64,000 nt of DNA from Longimicrobiales bacterium. GTDB lineage: Bacteria; Gemmatimonadota; Gemmatimonadetes; Longimicrobiales; Gaopeijiaceae. Made by a program: the position numbers and the translations under genes. This document shows, in pieces, positions 48,934-58,537 of the stretch (position 1 is its first letter; each line of letters starts with the position of its first letter). The stretch lies in contig OZ220732.1 in the NCBI GenBank assembly GCA_965116905.1, positions 704,001 through 768,000 on the forward strand, in the 5' to 3' direction. The notes beneath the pieces are model-generated. The model saw only the letters and a list, made by a program, of their open reading frames with translations, ran no database searches and had not been told where the DNA came from.

Positions 48934-50171
48934 TCCGGATCCCCAGTGTGGCGAACCAATAGGCGGCCAACCACATAGCGTACGTCAAAGGAATCGAATC
49001 GGGTGCCCCACAGAACGGATTCAGTAGCGTCGAAAGGCAGAAAGGTAGCTGGCAACAGGACTCGTCGTACGGCAGAGGCAGAGTCCCGCGCAACTCCGAC
49101 CTGTACCGCATACCATACGTCCAGCGAATCAGCACCCGCGTCTTCGTACGTCCTCATCCACATCTCACCGTTGGACAGTAATGCCATGTTACGGACGGAC
49201 GGATAGTTCTCGGGCACGTACAAAGCCTCTCGAACGGCCCTTCGTGCGTCGGCCAGGAGCGCATCTGACCTCCGGTTCGCTATGGTCGTGGCGACGTTCT
49301 CGACGAGCTCTTCCACTTCTTGCACCGGCAGGGCAATGGGTGGGAACCGTAGACTTCGGAACCAAACGGTATCGCCGTCCGCTGACAGCTCCGTCAAATG
49401 GACCACCCCTGGATCCAGGCCTCTTTGTCGGGTGACGACGACCGTCTTCGACCACGAATTATAGCTTGCTTGGTCAGTGTCTCGGTATGGTTGCCGCGAG
49501 AACGAGGTCAGGCCGGAACTCTGATCGTTCTTGCCAGTCGCAAGAATCTCGTTTCGAACATCAAGCATCGTCAGGACATCAACCGTCCAAGCGCCGTCCT
49601 GTTCCCTCAGACGGACGACGGGCAACTCCACCACCGGATCGTCACCCCACCATCCAGACATGTAATCCGGTGAAACGCTGGGATAGGCCAAAAAGCTACC
49701 GTCGTCAAGCAAGAGTGCGGGGCGAAATCGGAATCCGCGATGGCTCACGGAAAGGGGTATGGACACCGTGCGCAGGTATTCTCCGTCAGGCGAGAACAGG
49801 ACGAAGCGATCCCGGTCACGCACCTGGAATCCATCAGATGTGACCTGGACTCGATCAGGGCGTCGGAACTCTCCCGGTCCCTGTCCTTCGCCTCCGACCG
49901 AAAACAGGGGTGAACCGTCAGGCGTCCAGACGGTCACCCGAAGATCACTGGGATCGACAACGTAGACCCGGGTTCCCTCATCCCCCAGGCCGACATCAGA
50001 TACCCTGGTGAAGGCAGCGTCTGTTCCGTGCAGGCTGCCTATTTCATACCGTGGCACCGTGACCCATGTATCGACGGCGTCAAGGAATTCCGGCGGTGGA
50101 TCGTCACCGCACCCATAACCTGCGGCAAGGACCGAGGCAACGATCCACCACCGCCGGAAACCGAACGTCAC
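48930..50171 (-). CDS. 6-bladed beta-propeller-type lipoprotein
   Basis: Lipobox GYGC, VGGEGQGPGEF and C-terminal LWGTRFDSFDVRYV. Confidence 0.8.
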   Translation of the reverse strand: MTFGFRRWWIVASVLAAGYGCGDDPPPEFLDAVDTWVTVPRYEIGSLHGTDAAFTRVSDVGLGDEGTRVYVVDPSDLRVTVWTPDGSPLFSVGGEGQGPGEFRRPDRVQVTSDGFQVRDRDRFVLFSPDGEYLRTVSIPLSVSHRGFRFRPALLLDDGSFLAYPSVSPDYMSGWWGDDPVVELPVVRLREQDGAWTVDVLTMLDVRNEILATGKNDQSSGLTSFSRQPYRDTDQASYNSWSKTVVVTRQRGLDPGVVHLTELSADGDTVWFRSLRFPPIALPVQEVEELVENVATTIANRRSDALLADARRAVREALYVPENYPSVRNMALLSNGEMWMRTYEDAGADSLDVWYAVQVGVARDSASAVRRVLLPATFLPFDATESVLWGTRFDSFDVRYVVGRLLVRHTGDPD

Positions 50172-50175
50172 GCCG

Positions 50176-50622
50176 CTAGCCTAGCTTAAGCGCACTGCCC
50201 GGAAGAACTCCGTCGGAGCCTTGGGCCACGACAAACCCGACCAACGAGCCACCGCACTTCTTCCGGACGAGAAGCCGGCCGCCTTGAGTGGCCACGAAGT
50301 AGGGAGTGTCAGCGGGCAAGATGCCGCCGTCTGCCACTAGTGCGAGGACTTCCTGCGTGGCAGCTTCTTCCTCGACCGGCGAGAGCGCGAATCCTCCACA
50401 CAGCTCGGAACCCTCGTCCGGGAGACACATGCCTCGACCCTCGACGGGACCCGCGCCGACCGCGCATTTGGAGAATCCGTATTTGTCGTCCTCCTGATCG
50501 TCGCAGAGGTCGGTGTCCAGGTCGCAGGTATAGCACTGCGCCATGGCGGGCGTTCCGCCAAAAGCGATTCCCATTAATGGAAATCCGACCATCACCATCG
50601 CGGCCAAGAGTTTCCTTTTCAT
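50176..50622 (-). CDS. Secreted protein with N-terminal acidic 6-Cys module (148 aa)
   Basis: GGAGG RBS, ATG at 50622, signal ending AMA, then CYTCDLDTDLC...C...C...C and a C-terminal extension. Confidence 0.78.
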   Translation of the reverse strand: MKRKLLAAMVMVGFPLMGIAFGGTPAMAQCYTCDLDTDLCDDQEDDKYGFSKCAVGAGPVEGRGMCLPDEGSELCGGFALSPVEEEAATQEVLALVADGGILPADTPYFVATQGGRLLVRKKCGGSLVGFVVAQGSDGVLPGSALKLG

Positions 50623-50672
50623 ACTGCTACCTCCGTAGCTGTGGGATTCGAGTGGCGACTCTCGCCCCTCTA

Positions 50673-50706
50673 TTAACTTGACAGTTCTCACGGCGGAAAT
50701 GTGCAA
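50673..50706 (-). promoter_or_regulatory. Putative ECF promoter, site B
   Basis: Minus strand ttgcacatttccgccgtgagaactgtcaagttaa. Confidence 0.6.
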
Positions 50707-50738
50707 TCCGGATGCGGACGACCCCCGATCACCGCAGA

Positions 50739-51299
50739 TCAGCTCCTTCCCCCGCTGAGCACTCGAGCCACCTCGGCAAGGCCGGCGCCATGACCATCGG
50801 TCACGACCCGCCCTTGCTGGTCCAGTGCGATTATCCATGGCGTCCGTCGCGCCAGAATGGCGGCCTCCGGCTCCCCTGCAGGGTGCTCCAGCGACAGAAC
50901 GTCAACGGGCCAACGGTGCTCCCTTGCGAAGTCGATCGCATCGGCCAGGGGGCCCAACGAAATCGCTAGAAGGCGATATCGTTCGGCCTCCTTGCCGGCA
51001 AGCCAGGAAGACCAGGCTGGCGCAACACGACGTGTGTGGGCGCAGTCAGGATCGAAGACGAGGAGCAGGGTGGGCTGGCCCGCCCCCAACTCGGCCGGGG
51101 TCCCGTCGGGGTGCTTCACGGAAACTGACGACAGATCGTAACCGACTGGAATCGGCTCAACTCGCGAATCGGCATCCCACATCGCGGCACTCAGGATCGC
51201 CACCTGGCCAATCGCCGACGCAGCCAAGACCGTGGTGAACGAGTGGCTGCGCCAGGCTCGTCCAAGCGGCAGCCTCCGGCTTTCGGCGCTGTTCGCCAT
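50739..51299 (-). CDS. Membrane-anchored thioredoxin-fold protein (CxxT)
   Basis: LLVFDPDCAHT and RTPWIIALD...DGHG; paralog of 10580..11128. Confidence 0.8.
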   Translation of the reverse strand: MANSAESRRLPLGRAWRSHSFTTVLAASAIGQVAILSAAMWDADSRVEPIPVGYDLSSVSVKHPDGTPAELGAGQPTLLLVFDPDCAHTRRVAPAWSSWLAGKEAERYRLLAISLGPLADAIDFAREHRWPVDVLSLEHPAGEPEAAILARRTPWIIALDQQGRVVTDGHGAGLAEVARVLSGGRS

Positions 51300-51358
51300 G
51301 AGATGTCTGCTCCAAGTGATCCAAGGCCGAATCCGGTCGATTTACCTCGGCCGTCCAT

Positions 51359-51391
51359 TTAACTGACAGTTCTCGCGGCCCAAATGTGCAA
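51359..51391 (-). promoter_or_regulatory. Putative ECF promoter, site C
   Basis: Minus strand ttgcacatttgggccgcgagaactgtcagttaa upstream of 51299. Confidence 0.6.
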
Positions 51392-51495
51392 TGCACCGTT
51401 CCACAGGGGTGGGTCGCGGGTGCGCTGGCCAGCGCGGTCAGGGTCGTGCCGGGTCGCGTGGAGGGCTCGGTCCGAGTCGGCGCCGACCACGCCAA

Positions 51496-51528
51496 TTGCA
51501 CTTTTCTGCTCTGAGAACTGTCAGTTAA
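51496..51528 (+). promoter_or_regulatory. Putative ECF promoter, site D
   Basis: ttgcacttttctgctctgagaactgtcagttaa upstream of peptide gene 51595. Confidence 0.6.
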
Positions 51529-51594
51529 TAGGAACCCGCGAGTTTCGATTCACTACATCAGGGGCCGTCAGGTCCCGAAACGGAGGGACGAACG

Positions 51595-51792
51595 TTGCGA
51601 ACGATCAGGGTGGTCCTTATCCTGCTCAACCTCGTGTTGGCGGCGGCTTTACTGACGCAGGCGAGCGCGGCGCGTTCGACCGACGCCATGCGCACTTGCT
51701 GCCGGGGCGATGGTCCGGAAGCGTACTGTTGCTATGGCTGCTGCTGGCTCTTTTCAAATTGCGACAGGAGCAGCGACTGCCAGGACGGGTGA
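51595..51792 (+). CDS. Secreted 8-Cys peptide (CC-x8-CC-x2-CC-x5-C-x5-C)
   Basis: GGAGG RBS, TTG start, signal peptide, core CCRGDGPEAYCCYGCCWLFSNCDRSSDC. Confidence 0.8.
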   Translation: MRTIRVVLILLNLVLAAALLTQASAARSTDAMRTCCRGDGPEAYCCYGCCWLFSNCDRSSDCQDG

Positions 51793-51831
51793 ACAGCGGA
51801 AACGGCTCTCCAGAGGGACACGACGGCGACG

Positions 51832-52674
51832 ATGGCGGAAACAAATCGCGGCTACGCAGCCTGGATGGGCCCGGTCGCGAGAGCGATGTGGCCCTGGTGT
51901 TTGCTCTTCATCGTCGGCAAGCCGCTGTTGGAACTGAGGCGGCCGCCGTATGAGTGGTCGGTAAGCTCCCTGAGGTGGCTGTGGGGTGTCACCGAGGACG
52001 CCGCGTTGGCTCTCCCGTTCCTGATCTTCGCGGGTGGCGTGGCGCTGGTTCGGGTGCTGGGAGACTCCCGCCGCCTCGTACGGACGGCGGTGGCTGTCGG
52101 ACTCTCAGCGGGTGCAGTCACATATGCCTTGGGCGCGTGGGTCGCTCCGGAGGTACACAGTCGATTTCTGGCTGCTCTGGATCCCGAAACCGTGGATTTG
52201 CGCCAGTTCGGGCCGAGAACCCCGCCCGGCATCGTGGAGAATCTGCGGTTCGTGGAGGCAAACCCTCCCGGGGAGTACACCCTGAACGTAGGGGCCCCAC
52301 ACAGGTTCCCGCCGAGCGTGCTCCGTTGGGAGCTGCATCGCCCTCCCGCCATGGCGGTGTTCGCCGTCATCAACGTGCTTCTGGGTGTGCTGGCCGCAAA
52401 GCTGACCCTCGAACTCAGTCGTCGGGCGCAGCGGAACGCTCGACTCGCGATCGGTGTGTTCGGCGGGATCGCTTTCTTCGCGTGTCTCGCGGCGGCATCT
52501 CCCGTGGAGCCCTTTCTTCGCGATGGCACCATGCGATCGGGTGTCCTCGGTGCCTGGGTGCCGTTGGCCTTCCCGTTGGCACAGACGTTGGTGCTCGTGC
52601 ACCTGCTGCGCCGACGGGAGCACCGCCACCCCAACACACGGCCGGCCGAGTCGTTCGGTAGAGGACCGATGTGA
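51832..52674 (+). CDS. Multi-pass membrane protein
   Basis: About six hydrophobic helices; lies between the peptide gene and the ECF sigma gene. Confidence 0.7.
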   Translation: MAETNRGYAAWMGPVARAMWPWCLLFIVGKPLLELRRPPYEWSVSSLRWLWGVTEDAALALPFLIFAGGVALVRVLGDSRRLVRTAVAVGLSAGAVTYALGAWVAPEVHSRFLAALDPETVDLRQFGPRTPPGIVENLRFVEANPPGEYTLNVGAPHRFPPSVLRWELHRPPAMAVFAVINVLLGVLAAKLTLELSRRAQRNARLAIGVFGGIAFFACLAAASPVEPFLRDGTMRSGVLGAWVPLAFPLAQTLVLVHLLRRREHRHPNTRPAESFGRGPM

Positions 52675-52704
52675 GTCCCGCAACAGCACAGTCCGTGGGC
52701 TTCG

Positions 52705-53253
52705 ATGAGTGAATCGAAACGGCCCGACTTCGACGGTGTTCGGGAAGCGCTACAGCGCTTTGGACCCCTCATCGAGACGGTCGCCGAAAAATATGCGGAA
52801 GATGGCGATGACCAGGATGACATATACCAGGAGATTTGTGTCCGCATCGCGAAGCGTCTACACCAGTACGAAGGCAAGGGCGCGCTGGGTGGTTGGATCC
52901 AGAAGCTGGCACATCGTGTCGGCTTGAATTGGTGGAACGGGCGCACGGCCCACGAGGAGCGGCTGGAACGATACGAAGCGGAGATGCTGCCGATGGACCT
53001 TGCTGAGTCCCTGATCGACAACCCGGAGAAGCTGTTCGACTACAAGGAATTCCTCCAAGGCCTGGGACACGTGCTCACCCGCCTCCCGGAACGACAGTCG
53101 GATGTGATGATCTTGATCCACCTGCACGGGCTCAGTTTTCCTGAGGTGGCGAAGATCCTGAAGTCGAAGGAATCCACGATCCGATCTCATCATCGGCACG
53201 CCAGAAGGAATCTTCGGAGGATGCTGGGAGATGGAAATGATGACTTGCCCTGA
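52705..53253 (+). CDS. ECF RNA polymerase sigma factor
   Basis: DDQDDIYQEI...GALGGWIQKLAHR and LTRLPERQ...GLSFPEVAKIL...STIRS. Confidence 0.88.
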   Translation: MSESKRPDFDGVREALQRFGPLIETVAEKYAEDGDDQDDIYQEICVRIAKRLHQYEGKGALGGWIQKLAHRVGLNWWNGRTAHEERLERYEAEMLPMDLAESLIDNPEKLFDYKEFLQGLGHVLTRLPERQSDVMILIHLHGLSFPEVAKILKSKESTIRSHHRHARRNLRRMLGDGNDDLP

Positions 53254-53686
53254 CTACATGGTGCTGGCCCGCACGGACTTGCGTAATGCCGACCCGGAGT
53301 TGGTCGAGCACCTGAAAACCTGTCCATCGTGCTGGCTCGACTGGCAGATTCTGCACGGTCTGCGTCACGTGTTGGACCCCCAGAGACCGGTTCGAGCCGA
53401 TCTGAACGAGCGGGTGATCGCCAGGCTGGCCCTGAGCGCAGCGCAGCTGGAGAGGACGCTGCGGTGGCAGGATCTCACGATGTCCGCGGTGCTGGTCGTG
53501 GTTGCGACGGGCGTCTTTTTTCTGGCGACCGATACTGCGGGCTCGGTTGTGTCCGTCTCCACGGCGCTCTACGTGATCGTGGCAGGTCTCGCGGCGGCGC
53601 TGTACGTGAAACGTGAAGACCGTAACGAACGCGCGGTGGCATTGGCGGCGGCGGGGGTGGTGATTCCGGAGGATGGCGATCAGTGA
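53231..53686 (+). CDS. Zinc-binding anti-sigma factor (ZAS-type) with two TM helices
   Basis: EHLKTCPSC (H-x3-C-x2-C); overlaps the sigma factor stop. Confidence 0.8.
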   Translation: MEMMTCPDYMVLARTDLRNADPELVEHLKTCPSCWLDWQILHGLRHVLDPQRPVRADLNERVIARLALSAAQLERTLRWQDLTMSAVLVVVATGVFFLATDTAGSVVSVSTALYVIVAGLAAALYVKREDRNERAVALAAAGVVIPEDGDQ

Positions 53687-54316
53687 TTCGGGCGCATGCC
53701 GATCACCTGAAATCAGAAGAGCGAGTCTGCCCGCCAGTGGAGTTGCCACCCGGCGGTAACCGAGCCGAGTCCGTCGATGCCCGCGTTTGAAGTCAGACGT
53801 CGCGCCACATCGAAGGGCGGGCCGTGGCCGCGCTGGCTGGCGATCAGGACATCTGCCGTTGGACTGGACAGGTGCTCGTTGCGGCCGCGCTCGCCGAACA
53901 CTACGGCTTTACCGACATCGACGGGCGGTCGCCCCGGCCGCTCACGCTGGATGGTGTTTGACGTCGGTCGCCCAGGGCGGTGGCCGCGCGGCGCGGGTGA
54001 GGGGACGGCCGGAGTCGTGGCGAGGAATTCGGGGAGATCCTCCCCTGTGATCATCCGCGGATGGTTCCCGATTACGTGCGAAGGTCTGCCACCAACCGGC
54101 ATAACCGCCGTCTCGTCCTCGAAGCTCACCCAATCCGCGTCGAATCTCTGATAGAGCTCAATGCCCGCCAGCGTGATCAGATTCGCGGTACTCCCAGCGT
54201 TGCTGCTCGACCATCTGGACCGGGGCGCTGTCGCTCCCTTGGCGTCAGGAGTTGGTCATCAGGTGACCCGATAGCCCTGGATCGGTCATCCACCGTCATT
54301 CCATGCCTTGTCCCGT

Positions 54317-54336
54317 ATATACGTTTGTGCGTATAT
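54317..54336 (+). promoter_or_regulatory. Palindrome ATATACG-N6-CGTATAT, probable ArsR operator
   Basis: Perfect 7-bp inverted repeat ending 7 bp before ATG 54344. Confidence 0.6.
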
Positions 54337-54343
54337 TCGGAAC

Positions 54344-54658
54344 ATGCTCACAACACTCACTGCTCTCGCCGAGCCGACTCGACTCCGCATCGTCGAGCTA
54401 CTGCAGTCGAGTCCGCGGTACGTCGGCGAGATCGAGAAGCTCCTCGTGCTCAGCCAGCCGCAGGTCTCGAAGCACCTCCGGGTGCTGCGGGAGGCCGGGG
54501 TGGTCGAGTCCACGGTGGTTGCTCAGCGGCGGCTCTACGAGCTCCGTCGACAGCCCTTTCAGGAGATGGCCGTGTGGCTGGAGGGCTACCGCCGATCCTG
54601 GGAAGGCCATCTCGACGCACTCGAGGCGCACCTCGAACAGATTGGAGACGACCAATGA
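54344..54658 (+). CDS. ArsR/SmtB-family regulator
   Basis: ALAEPTRLRIVELL and SQPQVSKHLRVLREAG. Confidence 0.9.
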   Translation: MLTTLTALAEPTRLRIVELLQSSPRYVGEIEKLLVLSQPQVSKHLRVLREAGVVESTVVAQRRLYELRRQPFQEMAVWLEGYRRSWEGHLDALEAHLEQIGDDQ

Positions 54659-55212
54659 ACGAATCCGAAGCCAGCGGAACCCTCGGGGAGCAGGGGGGCA
54701 GACAGGTCCTGCAATTCAGGCGATTCCTCGGGCACTCGCGCGAGCGCGTTTGGCGCGCCATCACATCCGAGAGCGAGCTGTCCGCGTGGTTCCCGGCTCG
54801 CATGACGGGAGACCGCAAGGTGGGTGCGGCCCTCCGTTTCGTGTTTCCGCCCGAGCCCGGTCAGACACCCTCAGACTCGGACGAAGAGGGATTGGTGATG
54901 ACAGGTGAGATGCTGGTTTGCGATGCACCCAATGTGCTCGAATACCGGTTGGACGCGGACGTGCTGCGATGGGAACTTGAGGAAAGCCCTGGGGGCACGC
55001 TACTCACGTTCACGCACACCTTCGACGAAAAGGGGCGGGCGGCGCTGTATTCCGCTGGCTGGGATCACTGCCTCGCATCGCTGGAGGCACGGCTTGGCGG
55101 GGATCCGGTCGAGCCCTTCACGCGGGAGCGCCACGACCAACGGTTCGCCCACTATGCACGTCGGTTCGGGCCGGATGGGGCGGTACATCGGTCTGCGGAG
55201 ACACAGACATGA
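54655..55212 (+). CDS. SRPBCC (AHSA1-like) family protein
   Basis: ERVWRAIT...LSAWFP, GTLLTFTH and AGWDHCL; ATGA overlap with the ArsR gene. Confidence 0.85.
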   Translation: MNESEASGTLGEQGGRQVLQFRRFLGHSRERVWRAITSESELSAWFPARMTGDRKVGAALRFVFPPEPGQTPSDSDEEGLVMTGEMLVCDAPNVLEYRLDADVLRWELEESPGGTLLTFTHTFDEKGRAALYSAGWDHCLASLEARLGGDPVEPFTRERHDQRFAHYARRFGPDGAVHRSAETQT

Positions 55213-56435
55213 TCCGCAGCGTCCGACCTGGCAGCTCGATCCTGTGTGCGGTGAGCGTTCTGACCGCCGGATGCGACCGCTCCGCGCACCCTGGACGTGA
55301 TTTCGTCGTACGGGACAGCGCGGGCGTGACGATCGTAGAGAACCGACGTCCACAGCCGGGGCTGCGACTCGGATGGCGGATTGGCTTGGCCCCGTCACTC
55401 TCCATCGGCGGCGCCACGGATAGTCCCGCACACGAGCTGTTCAACGTGACCGACGCCACCAGGCTCGCGGACGGTACCATCGTGATTGCCGACGCCGGGT
55501 CAGGTGAGTTGCGAGTTTTCGACGCGTCCGGGGCCCATCGTGCATCGTGGGGTGGCCGGGGCGAGGGTCCCGGCGAGTTCGGCAGCGCAGCGCCATCGAC
55601 GGTCGGACCCTGGCCCGGCGACTCGCTCGCGGCGTCGGACACCTTCGCGAGGCGGGTCTCCGTGTTCGGCAGCAATGGCGAACACGGCCGCACCTTCGTA
55701 CTGGAGTCTCCTTACTACCGCCTGCGTGGCGTGCTCCGCGACGGCAAGATGTTCCTCGGGAACGGTTCCACTTTGGCGTCCGCAGTTGTCGGCACCGGTG
55801 TGGCCCGCCGAGAAATCGCATACGGCATCGCGCGGCCGGACGGGGGCCTGTACAAGGCGCTCGGGACACGTCCCGGCGAGGAGTGGTATGTCGTATCCGA
55901 GAGCCAGGGGATGGCCGTGTACCCCCAGCCGTTTGCCCGCTCAACCGTGACGGCCGTGTGGGGGGACCTGGTTGTGATCAGCCCGAACGCTCGCTACGAG
56001 TTGCAAGCATATGACGCCGGCGGGGCACTGGCGATGCTCGTGCGACGCGATCACGACCCGCGGAGTCCGACCGGAGCCGATGTTGACGAGCACCTACAGC
56101 AGCTATACGCAGACGCCTCCGAGGAGGAGCGGGCGTCCGCGCTGGCCGACCTGCGCGACATGCCGCGCGTGGAGACCTTCCCCGCATTTGGCCGTATTCT
56201 GGCCGATCGTCTGGATCATCTCTGGGTGGAGGAATACCCGTTGCCCGGCAACACTGATGGATCGACTCGGGTGTGGACCGTATTCGGCCCCAACGGGCGC
56301 ATGCTCGGTCAGGTCGAAACCCCGGTCGGACTGAGAATCTTCGAGATCGGGGCAGACTACATCCTTGGGTCGATGGCCGATGACCTCGGGATCGAGTCTG
56401 TCCAGCTCTGGTCGCTCGACCGCGACGAGTCCTGA
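55209..56435 (+). CDS. 6-bladed beta-propeller-type lipoprotein
   Basis: Lipobox TAGC, VRDSAGVTIVEN, GGRGEGPGEF and EIGADYILG...DDLGIESV. Confidence 0.82.
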   Translation: MIRSVRPGSSILCAVSVLTAGCDRSAHPGRDFVVRDSAGVTIVENRRPQPGLRLGWRIGLAPSLSIGGATDSPAHELFNVTDATRLADGTIVIADAGSGELRVFDASGAHRASWGGRGEGPGEFGSAAPSTVGPWPGDSLAASDTFARRVSVFGSNGEHGRTFVLESPYYRLRGVLRDGKMFLGNGSTLASAVVGTGVARREIAYGIARPDGGLYKALGTRPGEEWYVVSESQGMAVYPQPFARSTVTAVWGDLVVISPNARYELQAYDAGGALAMLVRRDHDPRSPTGADVDEHLQQLYADASEEERASALADLRDMPRVETFPAFGRILADRLDHLWVEEYPLPGNTDGSTRVWTVFGPNGRMLGQVETPVGLRIFEIGADYILGSMADDLGIESVQLWSLDRDES

Positions 56436-56590
56436 AGCGAGCGTCCGAAGGACCGATTCTCGCGCAAAGTGCATATTCGTCTGATTACCGGACACTATTA
56501 CGGCTATTCTTGACATCACATGTCCCGTTAGCGATCTTCTGTGCCCCCTTGGGGCCCCCGATCGCAGCCCCAACCAACGAGACCCGCTCC

Positions 56591-57844
56591 ATGCCGATCA
56601 CCCAGCTGGAACTCGCTCGCCGTCTGCGGGCCGCCCGGAAGTCCTGCCAAATCACCCAGGCGCAGGCCGCGAAGGCCCTCGGGATTCCGCGCTCTGCCGT
56701 GTCCCAGCTGGAAACGGGACAGCGCGGTGTGTCGGGGCTGGAACTCTACCGGCTGGCGCACCTCTATTCCCGGGCTGTCGGAGATTTCCTGGAGGAGCAG
56801 CTCGACGAGAGCAGTCCGGTTGCGGCGATGTTCCGGGCGCACCCCGAGCTGAGGGAGAGCCCTGCCGCGATGGAGTCCCTTCGCCTCTGCGGAGAACTCA
56901 CTCGTGAGGTAGCGCACCTGCACGAGTTGCTCGAACTGGACCGCGGAATCTCGGCGATTCCCGAGTACTCTCTCCGGATGCCAAAGTCGAGGTGGGGTGC
57001 CGTGCAACAGGGGACGGAAGCAGCCGAAAAGGAGCGTCGGCGACTCGACCTGGGAATCGCCCCGCTTCCCGATGTGGCCGACCTCCTGGGAGCACAGGGC
57101 ATCACCACCGTCCTTGCGGAAATGGACGATGGTATCTCCGGGCTCACTCTGATCAGCGCCGACGGCAATGTCGTCGTCGCGGCAAACCGGACCCATCCCA
57201 TCCTGCGCCGCCGGTTCTCGTTCGCGCATGAGTACGCTCATGTCCTCCTGGATCGCGAGTCGAAGGCGATCCTGAGCCACGCCCGAGACCGGTCGCGCCT
57301 GACGGAAGTGCGAGCCAACGCGTTCGCGGCGTCATTCCTCATGCCGGCCGACGGCGTGCGCAGCTACGTAAACGCCCTGTCCAAGGGACTGGGAAGCCGG
57401 ACCAGAGCGGACACGTTCGACGGAGAGGCACCCACGCGCGTCGAGGGAAGAAAGGCTGCCGACACACAGAACATCGAACTGCATGATGTCGTGAGGATGG
57501 CCCATCATTTCGGAGTCAGTTGCACCGCCATGCTGTACCGACTGAAAGGGCTCGACTTCGTGACCGAGGAGGAGCGCCTATCGCTGGCCGAACTGGACAG
57601 CGCGGGACTCAGCAAGGCCCTCAGAGAGTTCCTTGGCGTTCCGCAACCCGACGATTCCGACGGCGAGATGCGGGTTCACGCCAGGTTCGTGGCGATGGCG
57701 ATCGAGGCCTACACGCGCGCCAGGATCACGCAGCGCAAGCTCGACGAGCTGGGACGTCTGGTTCAGGTATCGGATCTGAGCCAGCGGCTGTGGCAGGCTC
57801 GCTTGGGGACCGGGTGCCGTGTGGTGCACGAAGGGGTTCGATGA
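56591..57844 (+). CDS. XRE HTH plus ImmA/IrrE metallopeptidase
   Basis: ITQAQAAKALGIPRSAVSQLETG; RFSFAHEYAH and EVRANAFAASFLMP. Confidence 0.9.
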   Translation: MPITQLELARRLRAARKSCQITQAQAAKALGIPRSAVSQLETGQRGVSGLELYRLAHLYSRAVGDFLEEQLDESSPVAAMFRAHPELRESPAAMESLRLCGELTREVAHLHELLELDRGISAIPEYSLRMPKSRWGAVQQGTEAAEKERRRLDLGIAPLPDVADLLGAQGITTVLAEMDDGISGLTLISADGNVVVAANRTHPILRRRFSFAHEYAHVLLDRESKAILSHARDRSRLTEVRANAFAASFLMPADGVRSYVNALSKGLGSRTRADTFDGEAPTRVEGRKAADTQNIELHDVVRMAHHFGVSCTAMLYRLKGLDFVTEEERLSLAELDSAGLSKALREFLGVPQPDDSDGEMRVHARFVAMAIEAYTRARITQRKLDELGRLVQVSDLSQRLWQARLGTGCRVVHEGVR

Positions 57845-58122
57845 GCGGTGGCACGCGCGGGCTCGGCCGCAACCGGCGGATCTCGAACCAAAGGTGTGGC
57901 CGCGCTAGGACTCGGTCGCGACGACCACATGGTGATCATGAATGCGAGTGAAGCGCGGGATCACAGCCTCGTTCTCGGGCCCGACTGCGCTGAATCTCGC
58001 ACCCACCCAGTTGCCGAACACTTCCCTCAGCGGACTCAGTCCTTGAAGATGTCCCCCTGACGGAGCGTCGTGTCTTCTACCGTTTCGTACCAGAACCCGT
58101 GGACGGCGGACATCCTCGCGCG

Positions 58123-58455
58123 CTAGCCTCCGATCTCCCAGTCCAGTACGGTCGGGGCGGCATCGCTGACGCTGCCACTGATCCGCGTGCCAGCGCGATG
58201 TTCATAGTGTTCCGAATACTCGGAGAACGAGCTATCGAAACGCTGACCCTTTCCGTCGTCCAGCTCCTTCATTGCCTCGACGGTCGTCGCATTTGGTACC
58301 CGGACGATGAAGGGCAGTCGCTTCTCCTCGGCAACCCGCAACAGCACCAGGCGGATGACGTCGGACACGGAAAGGCCCATTGCCTTGAGCGCCTCGGTGG
58401 CACGCGCTTTGGTGTCGCTGTCGATTCTCGCGCGCACGACGGTGTCTGTACTCAT
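58123..58455 (-). CDS. Orphan RelB/DinJ-family antitoxin with aberrant C-terminus
   Basis: VVRARIDSDTKARA...MGLSVSDVIRL...VPNATT; no toxin follows. Palindrome TGTAGC-N9-GCTACA at 58473..58493. Confidence 0.75.
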   Translation of the reverse strand: MSTDTVVRARIDSDTKARATEALKAMGLSVSDVIRLVLLRVAEEKRLPFIVRVPNATTVEAMKELDDGKGQRFDSSFSEYSEHYEHRAGTRISGSVSDAAPTVLDWEIGG

Positions 58456-58537
58456 TCTGGATCTCCTGTGTGTGTAGCGTCAATGTGGCTACAGACCGAC
58501 CCGGCAGCAAGACTAGCGCCTGACTGGCCGGACCGCC

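Noticed and set aside
50176..50838. ORF-track starts at 50838 and 47460 for the peptide genes
   Set aside because: The extensions run through the promoter and thioredoxin tail; ATG 50622 and ATG 47265 have an RBS and a signal peptide.
53713..54129. 138-aa minus-strand ORF
   Set aside because: No recognisable motifs or RBS; cannot be supported.
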